A stretch of DNA of 64,000 nt from Vicugna vicugna (lineage: Eukaryota). The translations under genes were made by a program, and so were the position numbers. Each line of letters starts with the position of its first letter. Position 1 is the stretch's first letter. The stretch covers positions 7,563,260 through 7,627,259 of the forward strand of contig MU058844.1 of assembly GCA_013265495.1 (NCBI GenBank), read 5' to 3'. The notes beneath the pieces were generated by a model. It searched no databases. It worked only from the letters and a program-made list of their open reading frames with translations, and had not been told where the DNA came from. Of the stretch, positions 54,215 through 64,000 are shown in pieces.

Positions 54215-54662
54215 ATTCTATATTGGCTTCCTAAAGCTGCTACAACAAAACACCACATACTAGATGGCTTAAAGAACAGAAATGTATTCTCTCAACAGTT
54301 CTGGAGACAAGGCCAAAATCACACCAGCAGGGCCATGCTCCCTCTGAAACCTATAAGGGAGAAAGCTTTCTTTGCCTCCTAGTTTATGGTGGTGGCCATT
54401 GATCTATAGCACTGCTCCAGCCTCTGCCTCTGTTGTCACAAGACTTTTTCCTTGTCTGTTGCTGTCTTCATGTGGCTGTCCTCCTTTCTATGTCTTTCTT
54501 TAAATTTCTCTCTTCTTATAAGGACACCAGTCCTATGGCATTAGGGCCCACCCTGATGACCTCATCTTAACTTGATTATATCTGCAAAGACTCTGTTTTA
54601 AATAAGTCCACATCGATAGGTACCATGGATTTGGACATCAACCTATCTTTCCGGGGAGACTG
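54215..54662 (-). mobile_element. MaLR solo LTR, MLT1C-like
   Basis: ctaaagctgctacaacaaaacaccacatactagatggcttaaagaacagaaatgtatt...ttataaggacaccagtc...ttagggcccaccctgatgacctcatcttaacttgatta. Confidence 0.85.
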
Positions 54663-55166
54663 TCAGTTACTAATGTTTGACACATAGTGTAAGTATTCAA
54701 AATGTATTTGAAAAGTGAAAAGAAAAGTTGGTCTACACATGAAGTGTTTTCATAACTTAACAATACCTACTTTACACAGGCCAGCTTATCAGTGACACGT
54801 AGCCGCATGATCCCTGCATTAATCAAATGGTGCGTTTGAATTTAAACAACTCTCCCTCTATATAACTGCCTAGGAGTCCCTTTCTCCCTAAGACCATCCT
54901 TCATTTTTAATTTTAAAGCTTTTGATCTGAAGCTGACTGCCACTGTGACTTTCCTGTTAAAGGTTCAAGTCAAATCCATTTAATCAGTAATGGAATTGGG
55001 CCCATTAATCTATTTCATTACACATCACAGAGAAAAATCAAACTGAAAAGAAGTAAAAAATGATGCTGTACAATATATTCACTTGCCTCTCTTAACCCAA
55101 GCCCCTGGGTCAGCTGTTCAATTTCATTACAAATGATTTAAGATAAATATGAATTATCAACCTTAC

Positions 55167-55523
55167 ATTGTGTCAAGATAGTTGCTGAAGCATCTCTACA
55201 GGATATGCCACTGTAGTGACACAGGAATATTAAAAACCTAGCTGTGAAAACTGAACAGCACTGCACCATGTAAATGGTATGTGTGGTTATTGCTAATGAT
55301 ATAAGAATTCAAGGGTGACTCATTAATATTGTGGATCAAATGATACCTGATTTGTGATTTCAATGAAAATTGCTTTCAACAAAGATGAATGATTAGAATA
55401 TTATAACATTCCCACTGCCAAATGCTAAATCCCACAATATTAACTTCCTTCCAATCGCATCACTTATATTTGGCATTACTTTTAAAATACCATCCAAAAT
55501 GCTTTATAGCCGTGGCAAGAGAT
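55167..55523 (-). pseudogene. Two candidate exons (177 nt and 75 nt) separated by a 105-nt intron
   Basis: gtctttacag|55523 to 55347 cag|gtatca (DLLPRL*SILDGILKVMPNISDAIGRKLILWDLAFGSG...); gttttcacag|55241 to 55167 aat|gtaagg. Confidence 0.45.
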
Positions 55524-55774
55524 CTGTAAAGACATTTACAACATAGCAACGTACGAGAAAGTAACACAGAGATAATGTTTGATATAAATAATTTCAAAAG
55601 CATTTCCATCTGCAAGTGTAATAAGTCTTTAAAAAAAAACAGTGTCTTGAAATTTCACATTAATGCTGTACCATAGTGAGAAAATATATTGCTAAAGAGG
55701 GAAAAAAGAAGAATTACACATAAATGCATTTCACCACTATGAATTTTTTCATATCGCAACACAAAATAAATGAC

Positions 55775-56021
55775 TACGTTTCTAACTATCTCATTTCATT
55801 TCACAAAGTATATAGTATTCACTATCATAAGATTTGAAACCCAAATGGTAAAAACAACTGAGGTCTCTTGTTGTGTGAAGAAGCAGCCTGCCTTGTTCAT
55901 ACGTTTCTAACTATCTCATTTCATTTCAAAGTATATAGTATTCACTATCATAAGATTTGAAACCCAAATGGTAAAAACAACTGAGGTCTCTTGTTGTGTG
56001 AAGAAGCAGCCTGCCTTGTTC
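55775..56021. repeat. Near-perfect tandem duplication of about 124 bp
   Basis: 55775-55898 and 55900-56021 appear identical except tttcacaaag versus tttcaaag. Confidence 0.95.
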
Positions 56022-56799
56022 TTCCTTCCTCGTGATCTTTAGCCCTTGCTTATCCCCTTCTGCCTAATCCATTACCTCTGGCACACTTGCCTCTGGGCTT
56101 AGTCTGTATAAATTATCACTTTTCATCAGCACAGCTTTTTGGCATTCTCACCTTATAAAATAAAAATCTCATCTTAAGTCAACCAGAGTATGGTGCGGGT
56201 GTGCGTGCGTGCGTGCATGCGTGCGTGGTTTGTTTCTTTTCCTAAGCAATACACTGCAATACTAATTGCTCAGATGTTTACTAACGTTTTGACATCAGAC
56301 AGTGTATCCTCTCCTATTTGAGTCTAAGTTACCTCATGTGTAAAATTAATCATTTGTGCACTCATGTTGAGATACTATAAACCAGTCTACCAAAGACTAG
56401 CATATAGCACATAATGAACAAACGACAGTCCCATTCTCAGCTGCATTTAGCTCGAAAAGCATTTCAGAGAAAATTGCCTAATTGTGTTGACTTGACTTCT
56501 ACTCAAGATAAATTCTCTTCTCAGCCAAAATTGTTCCTGGGCACAGTCTTACTTATCCCTAGTTTGTACCCACTTTCTTTCCCACAATGACCTTTTAATG
56601 TTTTGTCAACTCCCATACATTTTTCATCCCATCCTCAAATGATGTGTTCCTATCCTCTCTAACAAAACGAGGCATGCACATTCTACCTCAAAATTCTATC
56701 TATATTTTTGCCCATCGTCAACCTCTTTCCTCAATTATCAGAAGAGTAATTTGCTCTACTAGAATCTCTCTCCTCAGAATACACCGTATCGTAAAATCA

Positions 56800-57110
56800 T
56801 ACAGTTAATCCTCACATCTCATTCAAATCTTTACTCAAATGTCATCTTTTCAAAGAGGTCTACTTGGATTCCCCTATTTAAAATTCAAACTCCTAACTCA
56901 CAGTCTCCATGATTTTCTCTTAGCATCATACTATTTTCGTTCCATACCAGGTATTAGCCACTGGCTAACTAGTTTACTTAATGGTACTTGTTCTGAGGAA
57001 AAGTGAGCTCCTTCACAGAATGGGCGTTCTTCTGCATTTGTTCAGTAAAGGTACTGGAAACAAGGCACATATATTTAGCAAACATTCACTGGATAAATGA
57101 ATGAATGTCT
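56800..57110 (+). mobile_element. L2 3' end
   Basis: ctcaaatgtcatcttttcaaagaggtct...aaacattcactggataaatgaatgaatg terminal repeat. Confidence 0.7.
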
Positions 57111-57519
57111 TCCTCTTAATCTACCAGCCAGTCTTTTTTCTAACCCTTGGAAAATGAAACATCTTTAAAATGTTTAGTTTAGAAAGACCTTAAAATAGAG
57201 AAAATATATTTTTTTAAAGTATGAGAAAACTAATACAAATATATTTATCTTAAAAATGTAAATAAGCTGAATTGAACTCTTTAAAATCAGGAAGAAAAGG
57301 AAAGGAGAAAGGGAGATGTGGGTGGGTGGGGAGGGAGCATGACAGATTGAGATTTCAGCTTGGAGATTAAAAATGCAAATTCTAAGCTTATAAAAAGAGA
57401 CCTATAAACCTAGGTGATTCCAAGATTAAAAAGAAAATAATTTTATGATGTATTTTATGATGTTATTTAAAACAAACAAAACAGGGTAAGGAGTTATTAA
57501 AAAAGAGTCAAATTCAAGC

Positions 57520-59254
57520 AAGTGGAGGGCCAGGAGGTTCCAATATTCATCTCCCCAACAAAAACAATTAAAGAAAAAAAAAACTACAAACTGATGAAAA
57601 CAGCTCTGGGAAAACTGAACTACAAAGCAGCAGCAACAGTAATCCTGTAAAAATTAAAAAGCAAGAATAGCCACATAGAAAAGTAAAGGACATTTTTATG
57701 TGTGCTACTTCATTCTCTAGTCCAGAGCAGCTTGGTACCAAGAGGGATCCTCTCCAAGGGAGTTCACTCTGTAGGGAAAGGAGAGCAGGTGAACTCCAGC
57801 AAGCCTCACTGCCATGGACATTGGTAGCCTTTGCTACAGAGGAACCCCACAATCTTCAGCAACACTAAACCCAGCTGACAGAGCTTCCCAGATTCCTCAG
57901 GGCTGGAGCTGTCTTTGTCGGGAGATCTGCCCACAGCTGCCCTAGCTGCTGCTGTGCCCGGCTCTGCAAAATCAGGATGCCATAGTGCCTCACCAGCTAT
58001 GGGACCACAGCTGCTGCTGCCCAGCCCCCAGGTCTCAAATTGTGATTTCACTATTACCAGGTCTAAGATTTCACTGCTCTGAACCGCTCCCTTGGGTCTT
58101 AAACTCAGGGCTTTGACCCACCATCACACGGCTGTGTTGGTGGAGCTCCTTGCCCCAGGCCCAGGGTTCTAACTGATGACTATTGCATGCCATTACCAGG
58201 GTTGCACTGCTGCTCCTCTGTGCCCCATCCCCTAGCATCACAGTTGGGACTTGGGCCCAGTATCCTCAGGATATGGGATATACTGCTCTTGAACCCTGCC
58301 CACTGGTCCCAAGTCACTGCTGCGTGCTGTTATCCTAGAACCCATGATGCTACTGCCTCCTGCCCCTGCGGCCTGAATAACTGCAGCAAGCCCCCCAAAC
58401 GAAGAACCCAGGTCCACAGGAGATCTGCATACTCTCACACCTGCGGCACCGAGTGTAGGGCGTCTGTGCTCCAGGACCAAGGAACTTCCACGGTTCTACA
58501 TGTGCCTGATCTCAGCGCCCTGGCTCCACTGCTGCTCTGAGTGCTGGCATGCCATATCTACCACAAGGAAGGATCTACTCAGCTAAGATGTCTTCCCACA
58601 AACAAAAAAGGAGAACATGAGGACCCCCCCATTGCACCAGCCACTCATGCCAGCCCCAGACCCTCCTCAGTCTTGACCACAGAAGAGCCCACAGTCTTTG
58701 CTGATATTAGTAGAGCGAGCTGCAGGAACTTCACCACTGTGCCCTCCCAGGAATGCTCTGACTGCACTCCTCCCAGCTGGCACCCTCACAGCCACCTTCC
58801 CCACTGAAGCCAGGCTGAGAAGACTGAAAGAGGCAACGTCTTCTCAAATGCATAGATAGCCATGCAAAGCCATCAGAAACATGAAAAAGCAAGGAAACAT
58901 GACAACAAAGCAACAAAATTTTTCAGTAACTGAACACCAAAAAATAGAGATCTTGAGTTACTGAAAAAGAATTCAAAATAATTATGTTAAGGAAGCTCAG
59001 TGAAATTCAGGAGAACACAGACAATTCAACAAACTCAGAAAAACAATGTATGAACAACATGAGAAGTTCAGCAAAGAGACAGATACCATAAAAAAAGGAA
59101 CAAAACAAATTTAGGACCTCAAGTATACAACGAATAAAATTAAAAATGCAATAGAGAGTTTCAACAGCAGGATCAATCAGACAAAAGAAAGAATCTGCAA
59201 AATTGAAGACAGATTTCCAGTCAAAGGAGAGAAAAAGTAATAGGAATGAAAAAG
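57520..59254 (+). mobile_element. L1 5'UTR and first part of ORF1, cut off by the next L1
   Basis: GC-rich UTR followed by atgaaaaagcaaggaaacatg...gaattcaaaataatt...aaggaagctcagtgaa (ORF1 N-terminus). Confidence 0.8.
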
Positions 59255-62200
59255 AGTGGTATTCTGATCAAGACATTGACAGAAGAGGCTCCTGAAATCA
59301 CCTTCCCCCATGACCACACTGCATGTACAGTTAAATATGCAACAATTACCTGTGAAAGAAATCCAAACTAGCTGAGCCACTCCTACACATCAGGTGAATG
59401 AGAAAAAAAATTCATATTGAAATGGGTAAGAGAGGTAGAGACACAACTGGGAAGGAAACTGTAACTTCCAGTTTCTCCCTGAGTGAAAGGTTTGGACTAC
59501 ACATCTGACATCCCAACTTTTAAGATTTCCCCGAGAGACAGGATCCCAAGACATCTAACTCTGTAGACTAACAGGGCTTGCATCCATGAGACAGTAATGC
59601 TATAGTGAGATCAGGAACAGTTTTTAAAAAGACTTGCAAGGACTCACCACAGTTTTCTCCCCAGGGTTCATTGAGAGGCATCCAACTGAAATGCCCAGTT
59701 TTTCTTTTGACAGAAGCTTATTTACATATCTTAAAAGCTGCAGCCTGAATAGCAGGCTTATGATTTAATATGTAAAGGCTGACTGTACTTACTCTCCAGA
59801 GACAGAGGCTAGCAGGTACCAACTTCATGCTCTTTCTCTGTCACAGTCCAGACAGCCAGATAGAAGTTTGTGCACATGTCTGATGCTCCAGGGTATGCAT
59901 CCCTTGATCACCTAGCTCTGCTGACCACTGGAGATAATACATATCTAAGTCCCACAGGAGTTTAACAAACAGAAACAGTTCCTAATTGGCTATTCCTCCC
60001 TCCCCTCGACCAGGTGCACAACACAGGCAGCACGCTGAAATGCCAAGACTTTCTGTAAAAGAAGTAGATTTGCAGGTCTTAAAAGCTGCATACTCAGGGC
60101 AGGCTTCTAAATTAACACACACCTAGGGGCTGACTGAAATCCTCCCTAGAGACCAAGAAGGCCAGCAGATGCCATCTTTGTGCTCTCCCTCTGCCCGCCT
60201 CAGGTTGCAGGTGTCTCTTTGAGAGGAGCTTGTGCATGTGTCTGGCACCCCAGCTTTTTTGGCTTCCACCCAGAGTACACAGACCTTGATTGTCTGGCTC
60301 TGGTGGCCAACAGGGCTTGTATTCATGGGTTCACTGGGATCATAGCAAACCAAAAAAACCGGTTCTTAACTGGCTTCCCCCCCAAGGCTCAGTATAAATG
60401 GTGCAGGCAGAAAAGCCAAGCTCCCAGTCTTCCCTTGAAAAAGGTACATTTGCATACTATAAAATCTGCTGCCTGAGGGTCTGGGTTCTGATAAGCGTAC
60501 ATCTAAGTGCTGACAGATGTTTCCCCCTGGGATATTGACAGGTCTTGGCACACAGTCAACTATAGGAACCACTAAGAAAAAAGAAGTCTGCTTGGACAAT
60601 CAAAGGTTTGAGAGACAATCAAGAGCGAGGGTAGAATTTAATAATAAGGTCCATTTCCTACAAGGGCCACTCATTTAAGACTAGGGGAGATGACTATTTT
60701 ATCTAATTCACAAAAAGTCAAGAAAAATGCAGAACCATAGGAATGTGTTCCAAACAAAAGAACAAAATAAAACTCTAGGAAAAGATATTAATAAAAGTGA
60801 TCTAAGTGATTTACCTGACAAAGAGTTCAAAATAATAGTTGTAAAGATGCTCACTGAGGTCAAGAGAACAATGCATGAAAAAAGTGAGAATTTCAACAGT
60901 CAGAAAATTTAAGAAAGTACCAGACAGAAATCACAGAATTGAAGAATAAAATAACTGATTTGAAAAATTCAATAGAGGGGTTCAAGAGTAGACTAAATGA
61001 AGTGGTACAAAAAAAAAAATCAGTTAACTTGAAGACAGGGCAGTGGCATTCATCCAATAGAGGAGCAAAAAGACAAAGGAGTGAAAAAAAGGGTGAAGAT
61101 AGCTTAAAGGATTTAAAGGACAACATCAAGATAACCAATATTCACATAGTAGGGATCCAAGAAGGCAGAGAGAGAAAAGGGACAGAAAACTTCTTAGAGG
61201 AAATAATGGATGAAAACTCTCCTAGCCTGGGAGATACCCAGATCCAGGAAGCCCACAGGTTCCAAATAAGATGAATCCAAAGATCCCCAGACAAAGATAC
61301 ATTATAAATAAAATCTCAAAAGTTGAGGACCAGAAGAGAATATTAAAAGCAGCAAGAGAAAAACAATTTGTTAAGTATGAGGGAACCCCCATAAGACTAT
61401 GACCAGGTGTTTTCAGCAGAAATTTGCAGGCCAGAAGAGAGTAGCACAATATATTCAACTTGCTAAAAGGGAAAAAAGAAAAAAAAAAAACACCTGCCAA
61501 CCAAGAATACACTACTTGGCCAAGCTGTCATTCAGAATGAAGAAAAGATTATGAGTTTTTCATACAAGCAAAAGCTGAAGTTTTTCACCACTAGACCAGA
61601 CTTACAAGAAATGTTAAAGGGATTTCTTTAAGCTGAAATGACAGGGTACTATTTAGTAACAGAAAGAAACATATGAAAGTATAAATGTCACTAGAAAAGG
61701 TAAATACATAGTTAAATTCAGAAAAATATAATGCTATCAACGTGGTGGCTAATAATTTAGAAAATCTATTTGAAGGTTAAAAGGCAAAAGTAGTAAAAAT
61801 AACTGTAAATACTGTAGGTTATCAATGAACATACAAGAAGGAGATGCAAGTTGTGATATCAAAAACATAAACATGGGGGGAGTAAAAAGTGTATCTTCAG
61901 AATGTGTTTGAATGTAAGTTGTTATCAGCTTAAAATATGTTGTTATCACCTTAAGATGACGGTTTATGTGAGCCTTATGGTAACCACAAGGCAGACAGCT
62001 ATAGGAGATACACACATTTAAAGAGAAAGGAATCTAAGCCTACCACTAAGGAAATCAATAAATCATAAAGAAAGAGAGTTAAAGAAGGAACAAAGTAATT
62101 ACAAAACATCTAGGAAACAATTAACAAGATGGCAGTAAGTCTATACCTAACATTAGTTAAAATGTAAATGGACTCAAGTCTCAAATAGGAGACATAGAAT

Positions 62201-64000
62201 GGCTGAATAAACACACGAAAAACAAGATCCAACTATTTCTGCCTTCAAGAGACTCACTTCAAATGTAAGGACACACATAGACTGAAAATGAAGAAATAGA
62301 AAATGATAGTCTTTGCAAATGGAAAGTAAAAGAAAGCTGGGGTAGTTATGTCAGACAAAAGAGACTTGAAGAAAAATACCACAGTAAGAGACAAATAAGG
62401 CTATTATATAATGATAAAGGTGTCAATCCAACAAGAGGATATAATATTTGTAAATATTTATGCATCCAACATATAAGCACCTAAATCTATAAAGCAAGTA
62501 TTACAGGCCTTATAGGAGAAACAAACATCAGTACAATAATTGTAGGGGACTTTAATACCCCCACTTAATCAATGTATAATCATCCTGGCAGAAAAACAAT
62601 AAGAAAACATTAGACTTAGACTACACGTTATACCAGATGGATTTAACAGACATTTACAAAACATTCCATCCAAAAGCAACAGAATACACATTCTTCTTAA
62701 GTGCCAATGGAATATTCTCCAGGATAAATCATATTCTGAGCCACAAAAAAGGTCATAATAAATTTCAGAAGACTGAATTCATATCAGACATCTTTTCCAA
62801 TCACAGTGATATAAAACTGAAATCAATTATAAGAAGAAAACTGGAAAATTCACAAATATGTGGAGATTAAACAATATGCAACTGAACAACCAACAGTCAA
62901 AGAAAAACAAAAGAGAAATCAAAAATATCTTGCACAAATGAAAATACAACATATCAGAACTTACAGAATTCAGTAAAAGCAGTTCTAAATGGAAACTTAC
63001 AGCACTAAACACCTACAGTAACAAACAAGAAAGATCTCAAATTAAAAAAACCTAGTTTTACATTCAAGGAACTAGAAAATGAAGAATAAACTAGGACCAC
63101 AATTAGAAGGAGGAAGGAAATAAAAGAGTGGAAATAAATGAAATAGAGACTGAAGACAATAGAAAAGACCAGTGAAACTAAGCTTTTGGGGGGGAAAAGA
63201 AACAAATTTGGCAAAACTTTAGCTAGATTCACCAAAAAGAAAGAGGGAGGACTCAAATAAAATTAGAGACGACATTACAACTGATGCCACATAAATACAA
63301 AAGAACTCAGTGGCTGCTATGAACAGCTATATGCCAACATTTTAGAACTGGATAAATTCCTAGAAATATACAATCTATGAAACTGAATCATGGGGGGGAA
63401 AAAAAGACCTGAACAGACGAATTACTAGCAAGGAGACTGATTATTGATTCAAAGTCCTCCCAACAAACAAAAACAAAAGCTCAAGACTAGATGGCTTCAC
63501 TGGTGAATTCTACCAAGCTTTTAAAAAAGAATATCAATTCATCTCAAATTCTTTCAATAAATAAAACAGGGACACTTCTATACTAATTTTGTAAGGCTGC
63601 ACTACACTGATACTGACAGAAGATAAAGAAACCACAAGAAAAGAATATGAGAGGCCAATATCTCTGATGAACACAGATACAAAAATTGTTAACAAAATAC
63701 TATTAAATTGAATTCAGGGGCACCTTAAAGTAATCATACACTATGATCAAGCAGGATATATCCCTTGGATGAAAGGATGGTTCAACACACACAAATCATT
63801 AAATGTTATTTACCACATTAACAGAATGATGGACAAAATACATATGATTATTTCAATAGATATAAAAAACTTGATAAAGTTCAACTTTTTTTCATAATAA
63901 AAACTCTCAACAAGTTAGGCATAGAAGAAAGGTACTTCAATATAATAAAGGTCATAATAAAGACTATAGCTAATATCATATGTAGTGGCGAGTTTTCGAG
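59255..64000 (+). mobile_element. L1: 5'UTR, decayed ORF1 (about 60727-61640) and ORF2 (from about 62129, running off the window)
   Basis: ORF1 peptides DLPDKEFKIIVVKMLTE and NIHIVGIQEG; ORF2 peptide MDLTDIYKTFHPKATEYTFF and gatggcttcactggtgaattctaccaa; many frameshifts. Confidence 0.95.

Larger units (their letters stand above)
26448..55523 (-). pseudogene. Unidentified multi-exon gene relic (candidate unitary pseudogene); probably extends beyond these limits
   Basis: AG/GT-bounded exon candidates at 55523-55347, 55241-55167, 51653-51291, 50142-50095, 49999-49952, 45229-45147, 40968-40844, 35035-34599, 32398-31717, 29892-29739 and 26668-about 26448. All lie in non-repeat islands, several junctions are phase-compatible, and there are many stops and frameshifts. 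Confidence 0.55.

Noticed and set aside
49921..56021. CRISPR-like or regularly spaced array
   Set aside because: Only two-copy tandem duplications; no repeat-spacer structure, and the DNA is mammalian.

Overview
AT-rich, repeat-dense mammalian DNA, most likely camelid, judged from two tRNA-derived Vic-1-like SINEs and recurring young L1 3' tails. Much of the window is LINE-1, with L2/MIR, MaLR/ERVL and hAT/Tigger relics. I found no intact protein-coding gene; most long ORFs in the track are L1 remnants, antisense L1 or low-complexity sequence. In the non-repeat islands there is a chain of splice-site-bounded, partly phase-compatible, stop- and frameshift-damaged exon candidates on the minus strand (about 55.5 kb down to at least 26.4 kb). 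I read these as a multi-exon pseudogene that I cannot name. It includes a tandemly duplicated 48-nt microexon whose exon copies differ more than their flanking intron copies. A weaker set of plus-strand exon candidates lies at 1.5-7.5 kb, one split by a MER58-type element with a perfect 8-bp TSD. Other structure seen directly: a 4-kb composite L1 insertion with a 19-bp TSD (probable 3' transduction), a 288-bp duplication across the N-gap whose copies differ by a 29-bp inversion, and a near-perfect tandem duplication of about 124 bp. Repeat family names come from recognition, not from a database search, and repeat boundaries are approximate unless a TSD is given.
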